Assembly: GCF_902652985.1 (NCBI RefSeq) | Contig: NC_047027.1 | Coordinates: 6,758,001 to 6,822,000 of the forward strand | Direction of reading: 5' to 3' | DNA length: 64,000 nt | Origin: Pecten maximus | Taxonomy: Eukaryota | Part shown: one piece after another, positions 32,657 through 47,600 of the stretch | How the letters are laid out: each line of letters opens with the position of its first letter | Numbering within the stretch: position 1 is the first letter of the stretch | Program-made: the position numbers and the translations under genes | The notes under the pieces: model-generated | What the model saw: the letters and a program-made list of their open reading frames with translations, nothing else | Told to the model about the DNA's origin: nothing | Databases searched by the model: none

Positions 32657-35600
32657 ATGTCGGGATTTTTGGATTCCCCAGGACATGCTGGGTTTGAGAG
32701 GAGGTCCAGCTTCAATGTTGGGGCTCCGAGTGCTCAGGGTACCAGGGGAAGAAGGAGAAGTACAATGGGAAGTGTTTTAATGAATACAGAATCAATCAAA
32801 GAGAGACAGGTAATTCATCATTAAACAGTACATGAAGGTCTTTTCACAAATACAATTGAATTGTCCAAACTGATTACAAGCAAACTACAGGTTAGAACTG
32901 CAATGTTTACAGTTAACTAATAAGTCTAATATGAGTGGCCGACATTTGCTGCATACCTAAAACACTGTACCATCTATTCTGAGTCCACGTTGGTATGATG
33001 TCCTAAGACGTGTCTCTTTCGGAGAAAATTTTCACGGGATTTTTTGATGCGATAAATTTGATAGAATCTTTCCCTTCTGTCCTTGTAATTGATTCATTAC
33101 ATTAACACTCATGCAATATTTTGATAAAAGGCCACTACTAGAGGCTTCTTAATATGACATGGGAACTCGTGATATATAGCCACTATTTTGTAAATGCTTA
33201 ACTGATAAATTTGTGCAATTGCCAGTCACATGACACAGAAGTTTTGTATCTTCTGATTAACCTGGACAGGTATTTAGACAGTTTCCATCATAGTCCTGGA
33301 CGCCTTGTCCAATTCTGGTTCACCTGGACAGGTATTTATACTGTGTCCAATTCTTATTTGCATTATTAATTTATATCTCGATAGTACAGAGTCAGATTCT
33401 GTATCCATGATACAATCAAGATAAACTTAGAGGATGCATCAATTGTATTAGCCATAAACAGTAATAGTATCAATGCATCGTTAAATGATCATTACTATCA
33501 TATACCTGAAAATTAAATAAAGATACTGAGGGCTGTTCCTGGAAAACATATATGGGACCAGGGGAAGGCACTTCGAAATTAGGGGACCCACCTATATGAG
33601 GAATTATTTATTTGAAACCCCACCAACCCATACATGTGATTTGAATTTGAATCCCCCACCCCTATATATGTTTTCCTGGAACAGCCATGATTATCTCCCT
33701 TTACTTGTGCAGAAAGTATTATTATGATCAGTTGCCAGCTCACATGTTCTAGTGGTTCAGTGAACACTTTCATTCAAAGTTTGTTTTAATTATACACAGC
33801 AAAAGGCTCGAGACCTGAGGGAAGTGAGGCGGTCAAGATTGCAACCTACCCACAAATATGTGTTAACCATAGTGTCCAATCACCTGAAGCTCGACCACAC
33901 AGTGGTAGAGGATTTTGTCTTGGATTCTGAGAGAGTAAGTTTAATTTTTTCGTTAGCAAAATTATGTTTAAGGGCTGTTACAAGTACCCAAACACAGGTC
34001 AGGTTTGACGAGAAACCACCAGGTTCAATAATGTATACCCTGGTACTAGTCATAATAAAAATACTGATTAATGAAAGGGAAAGAGTACATAAACTATCAC
34101 CAACTTGCTAAAAAAAATGTTTTTATTATCTATTCTCTGTTTACAACATGCTTTGACAGGGACGTACATATATACTTTCAGGGGTTAATCCAGGATTTGG
34201 GGAATACTACCCATTATGAAATTTAGGGGAAATGAATGGCTGCAGAGTCTTGAATTATTCTTTAAATTTTAACATTTTACGGCTATTCTTTGCTATTATT
34301 CTTACATATTTCATAAAAATTTGGGTGGTTTCCCCTGTTTCGGAGACTTTTCCCGTTTTATTTGATTTTTTCTTGATGGGGAATTTGTTTTTGTTCAATG
34401 GGGAAAACACCATCAGTGAGGAATACTACCTAATTATGGTAGTAACTAGATTAACCTCTGACTTTATAAGTCCCTATATAGCTAGATGTCTATTGTCAAA
34501 TGAGTATTAAAATTCATGTGTCAGGGGCCAAAATTCTGCTCCCATGGCAACCCTAATTAGAATAATCAATGGGATCTGTAGCCCAACACCATGGTTTGGT
34601 ACCTTTTCAGGATCTTCTTTGTGACTGGAAATTTAGGGGAAAATAACCTTACAAGTTATAAAAAATGAATGTAATTATAATAATATTGACTCTAGTAATA
34701 CCTACAAATACAATATCCTTATAATTATTTAGAACCTGCAGGTGTTTGACCTGTTCCTTCAAAAGGGTGGAAGCAGAAGTTTGAAGTTTTACTATCAAGA
34801 CAGTGCAACACCAGGCTTGGAAGGTCTGCATATGTTAGAGATTTCATATGGTGAAAAATAAAAATAAAAAAAAAAATTAGGAAACAATGTATTGTTTTCT
34901 ACAATGTGATTTAATTAGTTAAATAGCAACACTGACTGGATACATCTAGCACATGTATTTGCCAATTCAAATGAACACAGTAACTATTGATAATGGAGTA
35001 TGATATAGATAATTATGTATATTGTCAGAATAAGTCTCTGTACTTGTATGATGTGTCCAGAATTGGTTCTGCCAGAAATTCATCATCTGTGCATTCTTAG
35101 CATTAAATTTTCACATTTTGGTCAATTATTTTTTGGAGTAATTCTAAAAGATTGCAAAAAAAAAAAAAAAGATGTAATACTGTATTGATTGCAGAGTGTG
35201 GAAGGATTGTCCAAGGTACACCTAAAGGCACTGTGGTACCTCGGATTTTAGTGACAAGTGGCACAGGAAATGCCCTGCACGGCCAATGTGTATACTTTCT
35301 GCGTACCAAGACCGAGTTGATCCTTAACCCAAACAATATAAGCGAGGTAATTAATGGCTTCCAAACTCTTAGTCTTTACATCATGTTAATTTAATGAAGA
35401 GAAAGAAAATGGAATAGATGAGTGTTTCAAATCATAACAATTCTGTGTGATCTTTTTATTTGGGGCATCGATCTGCTTGACTTTTGATATTCAGCATTTT
35501 CAGAGTCAAATTCTTTTATTTTCTTTAAAATCACAAAGGTCATATATAGACATGCCCCTAAGATTAATAACAATGCTAAAAATTGTTATAAAGCTCACAG

Positions 35601-38600
35601 AGTAAACAACAAAATCAAGGGAACTTCAAGTTTACTAGGAAAGATGCTTTAGTTAAAACCTTCTTGTTTTTTTATGTCACCAATTTTATTGTACAAAGCA
35701 TTTATGGAATTTTAAGCTAAAATATGTATGAATCTTTTAAACAACAACTGTTACAGTTAATTAGAAATTGCAAAATAGGGGAAAACTTCATGTGTAATTC
35801 TTTGACCTACAGGAGGTAACGTTTGGAGTGCTAGATGTGTCGCAAGAACCAGGTGTGTTGTCCGCGTTTGAGAATATCATGTCTAGCATCTTCCAGCCAT
35901 CCATGAGGCACCTAGAGAACTGGGGAGACTTGCTGACCACACCTCAGGGAAGGAAGTCCAAGAAACAATTCCTCGACAATTTTGAAAACTTTTTACAATA
36001 CCTTAGAAGTATGTAGATTGTGCAATGATTTTTTTTATTCATTATAGAACTCGAATGCCATTAATATATATATCTTTGATAAAATTTTGTCATATTAGAA
36101 TACTTCAGGTGGTATAGATGTATAGTTTGAAATTATCTAATTTTTCGTGACTGTGTTAATTTATTTAAATGATAAACAATGTTCACATTTTCCTCTCTTC
36201 CTGTAACTATGAATGCAGTACTCTAATTGGCATCAATCTTTAATTTTCATGTATTAATTAATAAACCTTGTGTTATATTCTATGTAACTATGAATGCAGT
36301 ACTCTAATTGGCATCAATCTTTAATTTTCATGTATTAATTAATAAACCTTGTGTTATATTCTATGTAACTATGAATGCAGTACTCTAATTGGCATCAATC
36401 TTTAATTTTCATGTATTAATTAATAAACCTTGTGTTATATTCTATGTAACTATGAATGCAGTACTCTAATTGGCATCAATCTTTAATTTTCATGTATTAA
36501 TTAATAAACCTTGTGTTATATTCTATGTAACTATGAATGCAGTACTCTAATTGGCATCAATCTTTAATTTTCATGTATTAATTAATAAACCTTGTGTTAT
36601 ATTCTATGTAACTATGAATGCAGTACTCTAATTGGCATCAATCTTTAATTTTCATGTATTAATTAATAAACCTTGTGTTATATTCTATGTAACTATGAAT
36701 GCAGTACTCTAATTGGCATCAATCTTTAATTTTCATGTATTAATTAATAAACCTTGTGTTATATTCTATGTAACTATGAATGCAGTACTCTAATTGGCAT
36801 CAATCTTTAATTTTCATGTATTAATTAATAAACCTTGTGTTATATTCTATGTAACTATGAATGCAGTACTCTAATTGGCATCAATCTTTAATTTTCATGT
36901 ATTAATTAATAAACCTTGTGTTATATTCTATGTAACTATGAATGCAGTACTCTAATTGGCATCAATCTTTAATTTTCATGTATTAATTAATAAACCTTGT
37001 GTTATATTCTATGTAACTATGAATGCAGTACTCTAATTGGCATCAATCTTTAATTTTCATGTATTAATTAATAAACCTTGTGTTATATTCTATGTAACTA
37101 TGAATGCAGTACTCTAATTGGCATCAATCTTTAATTTTCATGTATTAATTAATAAACCTTGTGTTATATTCTATGTGATACAAAACCATTTGAAAACAGT
37201 GGCTAAATTCTTTGAACTTTGATCTGTAAATTGTATATAAAATACAGTGTATTTAAACTTTAATTTTATTAAACAATAATTAAGAAATGGTTTAGAAACA
37301 GAAGTTTGGAATGGATGGAAGCATGCCTTAGGGCATACGATTGGAGAGAACAGGAGTATCTGTAAAAGGCTGCATAGATTTTACTGTAATTTTGTTAAAT
37401 GTCAGGTGCCCAGGCCAATGCTGGGGAGGGTGTACACCTAATCAAGTGTACCAGTGACAAGATTAACCTGTCGGAGATCTCCACTATCAATCACTGTATC
37501 GACGTGGCAGCCAACCCGGATGTGGTCAGTGACATGGAGGAGCTGGCTATGGCCTGGTGTAAACAGATAGAACAGGCATGTGGGACCTTGTGTATCTTAT
37601 TATCATCATCATTAGCTCATGATCACCTGGTCCAAGGGTGTGTGAGCATATCAACATGCCATGGCACAATGTTCAGCATTTGTTGAATTATACCTTTTAA
37701 TGTTTTTAGTCCCGAGTCTTAGATTGAATTTTGATAAAATTTGGTCTAAAGCATTATTTGGGGAAGAAGACTCAAATATTGTATATATGGAAGGTCTGAC
37801 ACTCTTGGGGTGGGGCTCAAAATGGGAATAAGGAAGTCCATATTCTCACGGAAGGGAATCACATGATCTGAATATATATACAAATTCAAAATGGTGGCAA
37901 CCAATGTAGAAAGCATAAAATGAGGTAAGACACTGAAAATACTTATTACATCTATATATAGGCTTTTGATTGTAGCGAGTATATTCTATGCTATAATTTA
38001 GACATATCCAAACCTCATGTATGCTGGAACAGTCCGTAGTTTTCCGTAACGTTCTGACCAAAATTTTGAATCAAATTTGTCGGTGGAATCCTTTCAATTC
38101 AAAATTTTGGTCAGAAGGTTACGGATAACTACAAACTGTCCTAGCACACGTGAGGTATGACTATCGAGATTATAGTATGACATATATGCTCGCTACAATA
38201 AAAAACCTATGTAATGAGTATTTTCAATATCTTACCTCATCTTATGTTTTCTGTGCTAGCGGCTGCCATTTTGAATTTCTATCTTCTGACCACGTGATTC
38301 CCCACCGTGATTCTGTACAGGCAAAAGAACTTTGATAAAATTAACATTATTTGCCAATGTAGTAGAGATCTTGGTTAATGTTTACTTGATGATATCAATG
38401 TTACGTCATAAATGTTTACCTGATGATATCAATGTTACGTCATAAAAACAACAGTCACTTCTGAATCAGTTAATCATTAAGGTTTATGTGCCTCTTGTTC
38501 AACATGTTAACTTTGGTCCCTATGTGTATGTCAAAATTTTGAAAATTATTTGAAAAACAAAATTGTTGCAAGAATGCCACTTAGGAATTTGACTGCTGAA

Positions 38601-41600
38601 AATTAACCCAGTAAAATGCTGCAGGAAGAAATGTCTTTAATAATTTCAGATGTTGTTTTCCCTTTGTCTCTGTTTGTGTTTAGATTTGAGTCTGATTGAA
38701 TAAATCATACACTAACAATATGTCTAGAAACATCTGCAATAGATTTTTTATTGGCATTCACTTTTACAGATTTTAGCAGAGAGTGATCAGATGAGAAAGG
38801 AGGCTGATGACACAGGTCCCTTGGCAGAGCTTGACCACTGGAGACAGCTAATGGCAAGGTTTAACGCTCTCTTGGAACAGATCAAGAGCAACAAATGTCG
38901 TATGGTCATCAACATCATCAACATTGCAAGGTCCAAGGTTCTAAAGGTATACTTTACTGGGACTGTGGCAATCGGTACTCCTTGGGTGTGCTTCACAAAA
39001 TGGAAGCATTATCACATCTGAGGTCATGTGGTGCGAGTTGATTTCACAGTTCAGAATGGAAGTCTAAAAGCTGTTAATTAAATCTAGTCTAATCTAATCT
39101 ATATATTCAACATGTATCAAGTATGTACCATGTATATATAAAATGTGTAGGAGATATAATATATGTGAAGTGAAATTGAGTTGTGAAATATATATAAAAC
39201 AGAAGTGATGAGTGAAAGACAACAGACTGAGAATATTTTTGTATTAATTATGGACTGTAGCTGGAGCTGCCTATCTCCAGACAGTCCATTGTATGGTGTA
39301 TAAATGTCTACTGTCTAGGCAAATAAAACTGTATATAACCTTAAAAAAAAAATGAAAAAAAAAATCTAGTCTTAATCAAGCCAAGGAAGAATTTGTGACC
39401 CACAATATCTCTGGAAATACATTGATTTATCATAAATTGTCAGAGAATTAACAGGCATTAACGATCTAGTAAATATACAGACAGTTAAACCTGCCTATAA
39501 AGGCCTCCTATTTTGTTTCCCATTGTAACATAACTTGTTGTAAATTAACCTCTTAATAAATGCCATCCAATTTTTAAAGGTCACATCTCTCTGCTCTTTT
39601 GAAGGTTGCGTACATAAAATGACAAGGAAAAGAATGTTTTTTTGTTCTCTATATACCTTTGTTGAAGACATACATGTCTTGATGCAATTTCTCTTGGTAG
39701 AAATGGAAAGAGTTGGACAAGAAGATTACTGACAATGCTAACGAAGCCAAAGACAATGTAAAGTTCCTGTACACGCTGGAGAAGTACTGTGAGCCACTCT
39801 ACAGATGTGATCCGGTATGTTTACAAACCTTAAACTCCGGTTAGAAATGAGGTTTTAGCTTAAATAAAATGTGATGAAAATAGAGTAACATATCATCCTG
39901 AAACAAAATAGAATTTAATCAGTTTGTAAATTGATAAATTGTTATAATGATAAACATGTTTTGATTTTATACAGATCTAAACTTTTTTGTAGTATTTAAT
40001 GAAGGGCAGTCCTGCAGTCATAATAGGACATTTTGTTTAAATATCAATTGAAGATTCATCCTCGTTCTGTTATCTTCAGCAACATTACCCAGTGAGTTGC
40101 AAAGATATTGTTTAGCTGTCTACAGCTCTAAGTATAACAACCCTTTAGAGGACTGATTGAGGACTGTCAATGAGTATCGACATAAGATTAAGAAATAAAG
40201 TTTCTCAGCAATATTTTTGATGTATTTATTTGTGGACAGGTATCAATGACTGACTCCTTGCCTGGTCTAGTCAATGCTATCCGTATGATCCATAGTATCT
40301 CCCGCTACTACAACACCTCTGAGAGGATGACCTCTCTCTTCATAAAGGTAAGTTATAGGATTATGGCCTCTCTGTATTATTGCTTATGAATAAAACTTTG
40401 TCATATTAAACTTAACAATCCCTTGGCTTATGGATTTAATTTACCTTCATTGAATTTCCGCCAAATCTGCTCACATCATACTGTAGTAGGTATGTAGTAA
40501 AATAACCCAGGTTCTTCATTGTCCTCCAGGGTTTTGTTTCTCTGGTCAGTGTTGGAAAATAATGATAGATAAATATATTTAGGCAGGCTTAGTTTATTAA
40601 ACACAGAAGAAAGAAAAAGTTCAACACCAACAATATCAGTGATGAGAAAACTCTACGATTCACACCACCTTGTATTCATTCAGACAACCTAATACTCATT
40701 CATACAATCTCACATTTACTCACATTCTGTCGTTCATTCAACCTTGGCCTGGCCAGGACATACTCAAATTCACATCTGCCACAATACCTGTCTTGCCTTT
40801 GAGCGGATATACTGTTAATTTAGTGATTATTTTGTACAGGTGACTAATCAGATGGTGACCGCCTGTAAGAACTACATCACAGACGAGGGTGTAACTCGGA
40901 TCTGGGACCAGCCCCGACAACCTCTTATAGAGAAGCTACAGAACTGTGTCTCCCTCTACAAGAACTACCAGGCCATCTTCCAACGCACCAAGAAAAAGAT
41001 TGAGGCTACACCTGGAGAGAAACCATTTGAGTTTTCAGAGATGTACATTTTCGGGAAGTTTGAGACCTTCTGCAAACGTTTGGACAAGGTTGGACTTTCG
41101 ACTGATTGTATACAGTATATTGTCTACAATGTGATATTTAATATTGTGGTTGTGTTATTTCCAGTTTTAATTCTTTTTTCAATAACCTTGTGATTTTACT
41201 TGAAGGAGAATATAAAATGATTGTTTTGCATATTATATCATGTACAAATGCAGACTAGTAGATAAGTCTACTTGAAAGTTTGGCATATCTTTGGTTTGAA
41301 GCCTGACTTTGTTACTCTGGAAGGGACTTTCAGTGACATTCTCTTGTTTTTTAGATTATCACCTTGATGAACTCCATCCAGGCATTTTCAGCTTTGTCTG
41401 AGTCAAAGATTGAGGGCATTGAGTCTTACTCGTCCAGATTTCTTCAGATTTATTCTAGCCTGAAGAAAAAGCCATATGACATCCTGGATCATCGAAAACT
41501 GGACTTTGACAATGACTTTGATGACTTCAAAAGACAGCTTGGCGATCTAGAGGTATACTAGGTTTTCTCATCCTCGGCCCCAGGTGAAAATCCCACTGTC

Positions 41601-44600
41601 GCTCTTTACTTTGTTGGAATGATTCATACATATTATGTAGCAGTTGCTTCAGTAGTAATACAGACTATAAACTTTACTAACCAGAAAGATAATTATCTTT
41701 TTTCGCTTGCTATTTGCGCAAGATGGTAACATTTTGAATTATATAATTTATATTCTCCATTTTTAAAGGGGTACACGGGGATGGTTGCAATGATAGTTGT
41801 GTTTTGTTTAATAAAAAATGGTGGCTAGAATTCATGATTTAGTCATTTAGTTTTGTTTCAAACAAAATGTAGATTGGTTTGACTTGGTGCTGACATAGTA
41901 ATTATACTTTCAGTCTGGAATTCAAGTTTTCATGGAAGGATCATTCTCTAAGATGACCTCTGCCACCCAGGCTCTCACCCTCCTTTCAAGGTAATCCTTA
42001 ACATTGCGTATTGATAAGTGGTGATTAATTTGACTACTAATTGGACTATAGATCCTGTTTATAAAAAGTATCAAAGTGGCCTAGTTAATGTCTTAATTTC
42101 ACTCTTGTAGATTTGAGACTCTCAACTTACCAAGACTGAAAATAGAGGAAAAATATGCAACCATTATGGTGCAGTATGGAGGAGAAATTGAGGAAATAAG
42201 AAAGGTATGCTAACCTCCCGCATAGTGAGAGGTTTATGAAATCATTTGGATTGATTTTGTTGATCAGGTTATATATACATTTGAAACTCCTTGATTTTAT
42301 TGTTTCAAAGCATTCCTTGGAAACCTTTTAATAGTCATATACAAACTATAAGCTTTCTTTAATAGTTTCCCACTGGGAGTTGGGGTGGGGGACTACAGCT
42401 TTCCACTGTGTCCATCTTTCTGTCCTTCCACATTTGATCTTGTCTAGTCCTTCACTACTCATCAATAGAACTTCATACTTGGGGCATATGCTCACCTAGG
42501 TGAGGCAGTGTGCCATGTACCAAAAGAAGGTAATTCTAACTTGCATTTTGATCTTTGACCTTCATAAAAAGGTGGTTTCTGGGTTGTATCTCTGCACTAT
42601 TAATCACTGGATCTTAATACTTTGGTCATGTGGTCACCTAGTTTAGGTGGTAGCATGTTTCAAAAGTAGGTCACTCTAATTTACATTTTGACCAAAAAAA
42701 AAAAGGAAATAAAGAAGATTATCTGAGCTTTCTCTCTTACCCTACTTGTCACTGGACCTTCATATTTCTGGCATCAGTTCACCAAGGTAAGACTATTCTG
42801 TCACTGACCTACAAGAGTGGCCTACATTTTGAACTACATCAAAGAAAATTTCTATCTTGGCTGTATCTCCTATGCCACTTGTCACTGGAACCTCACACTT
42901 GGGCATATTTTTACCAAGGGGAGGCAGTGTGTCGTCTCAAAAGTAGACCATTTTGACCTGTGACCTACATCAATGATCCAGGAAGCCCAGTCACCTATAT
43001 ATCTAGGGGAAAGACAAGTGTTGCCACTTTGTCGTCACAATGACTCCATCGTGTATTGGGGTTGATAGGGATGCTAACATATTGTCATTAACATTGATTT
43101 TATATCATTGATAATAATGGATTGCTTCTTACTGTTGACTTGATTTAAATATATTGTTGCCCAAGTTCTGGTGATAACAATCATTTTGTGATTTAACATT
43201 TATACAATTCTGTGTTATATAGCTGTATATGAAGTATAAAGAGGATCCACCCATCCCGAGGAACATGCCTCCAGTGTCGGGCAAGATCACCTGGGCCAGA
43301 CAGCTGTCACAGCGGATACAGGATCCCATGGACATCTTTGCAGTTAGTACTGTGAGGCAATCAGATCTCTACATTTAAATGCTTGGCTACATGTAAATTT
43401 AATTTTAGTAATATCTAGGGTCCTGCATTGAAATGTGGGTGCCCTAAATGCAAATGTGTAAAAGGGTTTTATAATTAGAAGTTTCTAACAAGGTTGCTGT
43501 TACTAAAAATAGAACCAGGATTATAATATTTATTAAAATTACACCATGTTTTCTTAATTTCACATGATGACACAGTGGTATGCAAATATGCAATCAGAAT
43601 ATAAACGTATCTGAGGTCAAGGCCACTTTTTTTTTTAATTTTGTGTGACTATAGTCAGAGGTTTAATGGTCAAAAGTTCAACTAGACTACTTGTGAAATA
43701 AGAAAGTTTATGTACAAGATACCTCATAATCCCCACAATCAATTTAGTTCATTATGATCATGTACTCTACTTACTGGCAGTAATTTAGTTTCTTTAAAAA
43801 AACCTTCTGGTTGGTTAAAGAAGAAAACACATATTTAAGAGAGAGAGAAAAAAGGCTCAAGTAGATTTTATTTTCAAATTGACATGTTATTTGAACTGCT
43901 TATTTCAGTAAATTTGAAGAATTTGAAGATGTGGTGATATCTACTTTGTTTAAGTACAACACCTAATTATTACTTCATAAAAGTTTGACTGCTTGAATCT
44001 AATTTGAAAGATGCGGGCAAGCTGTTTGAAGACAGAAGATGCAAAGCGAATTATTCGTAACTACAACAGGATGATGCGAGTACTCCTGGAGTATGAGATG
44101 CTGTACCATGATGCCTGGAAGAAGTCTGTAGCTGTGGCTACCAATTGTAAGTAATAGGGGTGAGAAAAGCTGTTAACACTCAAGTAATTTATAAGAAAAT
44201 CCTCTGCTTTAAGAGCCTCGCATAACTTTGAAAAATAGACATAGATAGCCTGACTTTGGCAAACATATAATTTCTGATAATGTTGTAGTCCTACAAGCCC
44301 CTGTGCTAGTGAGACATCCCACAAAGCAAGGATTACTGCTGGTGAACTTTGACCCCTACATATTTGAGGTGATAAAGGAGGCGGAGTACATGATGAAGCT
44401 GGACTTGGAGATCCCAGAGGCAGCCACAGTACTAGTCCACTCCAGGGATAACCTCAAGGCCCACAACAACAAACTCCAGGTAACCTTGTGTGTCATCATC
44501 TGATTATCTTTACTTAATTTCTGAAATCTTGAGTTTAAATCAGAATCATGTGGAAATATTTTTTGTTTTCATTGAAGTGTTGATTCCTTGTAGCAAAGTT

Positions 44601-47600
44601 TACATTTTTCTCAGTCATTACCTTTATGAACGATTTGCATTGAAATGATTTTAAATGGTAAAAGTTTCAACTCACCCTCTTGATGACAAAAAGGAGCTTG
44701 ATGATGTGGGTCTTTCAATTATAACTGTAAGACATCATCATCTGTTCCAGTCTGTGACATTAACATTTTTAAGCACTAGTCCGGACAAGCAAAATGCATT
44801 GTTTATTACAACAAATATATTGAGATTCAAGGATTTCCCACTAGTCCGAACCAAAAAGTACTAGTCATGGGCATAACGTCGCAGACTGCTGTTCACCGGT
44901 CACTTTTTTGAAAGCAAAGTTTTTTTCTGATCACTGGTAGAATAAGGTTTTAATGTGATTGGTTCTATAAGCTCAAGACTTTACAAATGGCAAGCATTTT
45001 CAGAAGGTAGCTGAAATGTTAAGAGTAAGAAGATGGGAAATACCAGGATTGATTTCATCCTAGTAACTGTTTTCATATGACTCATTCTATCCATTTGTTG
45101 TTTTTAGATGCTGCTTGATGAAAACAATAGCCTGAGAGCAGATATTCCACCGATATTTTTTAATCTGCTGAGGCCTTCATTGAGGAAGGTAGGTTGTGAA
45201 TGATTGATAAGCATGTTTACTGTGTGGCATTAATTAGTGTATGAAATTCTTTCTTTGAATTCATAAGAATAAACATTGATGAAACCAGTTATTGTTTGGT
45301 ATTCATGGTTACATTTAATGCCATTAAAAAACAAAGCAAAATCAAAATGAAAAAAAAAAAAATGCAGTTTGTTTATTGTGAATTTGAGCACTGAATAAAA
45401 AGCCGCCCAGCAATAAGATGAATTATAACTATTTTAAATACTTCACTTATCAGGTGGATGTGGCAATACGACCAGGGCTAGTGAATCACACCTGGACATC
45501 TCTCAGTCTGCCAGTTTACTTCGATATTGTGTCAAATGCCCTGAACGAACTGGGAATAGTTGTCAAACAGGTAAGAATGTTTGTAATAAATCTAGTAATA
45601 CAGAAACCCATGACGCTAACAATCAAAAGTGTTTCCAGGAAATAAGCTTATGATTTATGGAACCAGTTCCATTTTTCGTTTCATGCTTAAATTTCAAAAT
45701 TCAGTTACAAAATTTCAAAATTTTTGAACTTAAAATCTTTAATTTGGTATCATCTGCGTATTTGATTATGGATAATGAAGATTTACAATCTTAAGTTTGT
45801 ATATATTTATGTACAAGGTAAATGACATCAAAGTAACAAGGATCGACAGCATGCTTAAAGAGATCAGTGAAACATTACTTTGCGACCTGCCAGAGCGTGC
45901 ACCATGGACCGTCAGTCAGTTCCTCAAAAAGATGGAGGTTTGTGAAATTAGCTACATAAATCGGTTATGTCTTCAAGAAGAGTTGAATCTTGAAGAATTG
46001 ATTTGTTCCCCTGAAGACATTTACAAACAATTTTTGTATCTTAAGTAAATAGTATACAGATAGCATTTAATTGGCTTGGTTTTGTATAAGGCTGTTTGCA
46101 AATGTGTCTGATATACAAAAATTGAAAGAAAATGGCAGAGATTAGACAGTTTGTTTTGGTGTGTATAGGGATATTGCAAAGACATGGGACAAGAGATCAA
46201 CAAAATGAGTCACGTGATTGAGGATGCAGTGGCTGAACTGATCAGGATCTTTTTACACAGAGCCCAGATGGGACAGAGTGTTATAGATGTGGAGCCAAGT
46301 GCTGAAGCTGGCAGTAAGATATCTACTTTACCCCATCATCATGAGGACTATTTTTCAAAATCTTCATTCATGTCTGTAAAATAAATAATAAAAAAATTAA
46401 CATTATAAAAAGCAGAGACTAAGAAAATGCTACTCCTGTGGTGCTTTGTATGATTCTAGATTTTTATCAAATTCCAATTTCATTATTTATGGTATACTGT
46501 CATGGTATTTTGCATGAAGTTTTCGGGATGAAGGATTATGAAATATGTTCAACAAATATTATTGCCCCAAAATCAAGAACATAAGAGTTTAAAAGTTCAA
46601 ATAACTTCTTATCTTGCAATGAGTGGTTTGAGGATCTATCCCGTGCCTTATAATGATCAATTTTTGTCAGATAAGTAGTATAAAGCTTTGTCAGTGAGTT
46701 TACCCGGCTGCTTGTTACAGTGGATGTTATGACTATCTTTATCGCCAATGAAGAAAGTTCTGATGGTCAGAGCGTGGATGACAGTGTCAGTGACATGTCG
46801 GACGAGCAGAACATTCGAGAGGCTTGTGATGAGCTGAAGGAATCCTTTAACCATAGACTTGTGGAGGCGCTGCTCAAAGCCACACGACACTCTCTTGATG
46901 TGATGAGACGTCGCTTCTTCTCTGGGTAATCATTGTTAACCAATATTGTGGGTATTGCCTATCATTAGATGAATGTTTTATTGTTTATAGAATGTTAAAT
47001 TGTCCTCCCATGAAAATTCCACAATTTTTGCCATATTTAAATTATAACTGATCTCAACCTTAGTTTGACTGCTGGATAAGTGAAGTCACATCTTATCAGT
47101 TTATTTTGGGGATTCTGCTGTAAAATATAGACTCTAGAAATAATTTGTATAGTGTACAGTATAGTGGGCATGATGTGGCTGATTATATGGTACTCTTTGA
47201 ATTTTTTCAACTTTACCTGTTTAACTCACTTCGGTGTCCTCATGTTTGGTACTAGGAGTGAGAGGTTTCAAGTCCCTGTTTTTAAAGTGCTTTAAATCAT
47301 TACCCACAATTCCTCTGGCTTGTTTCCTATTGTAAAGTGAAAGAAAATTCCATTTCCCAGCATAGATTAACATACTGCAGTTAAAGTCCATCTTATTCAT
47401 CTGTTTATTTCAGAGGCAGAAGGCATGGTATGATGCATTTTGATGAAAGTGTTGGAGGTTTGAGCAGTGGTAGCAGACAAGTTCCATTCTTCACTGCAAA
47501 CATCACTTTGTCCATCCCTCATGTGGTTAGTATTCCAATTAGTTCTCTTTAAAAAAACAAGATAGGATTTCTATCTACAAAAGAGATTAAAACTTCTTCA

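Noticed and set aside
34538-34551. RFX X-box-like gctcccatggcaac in a dynein intron
   Set aside because: Single mismatched match with no conservation evidence; could be chance or repeat-derived.
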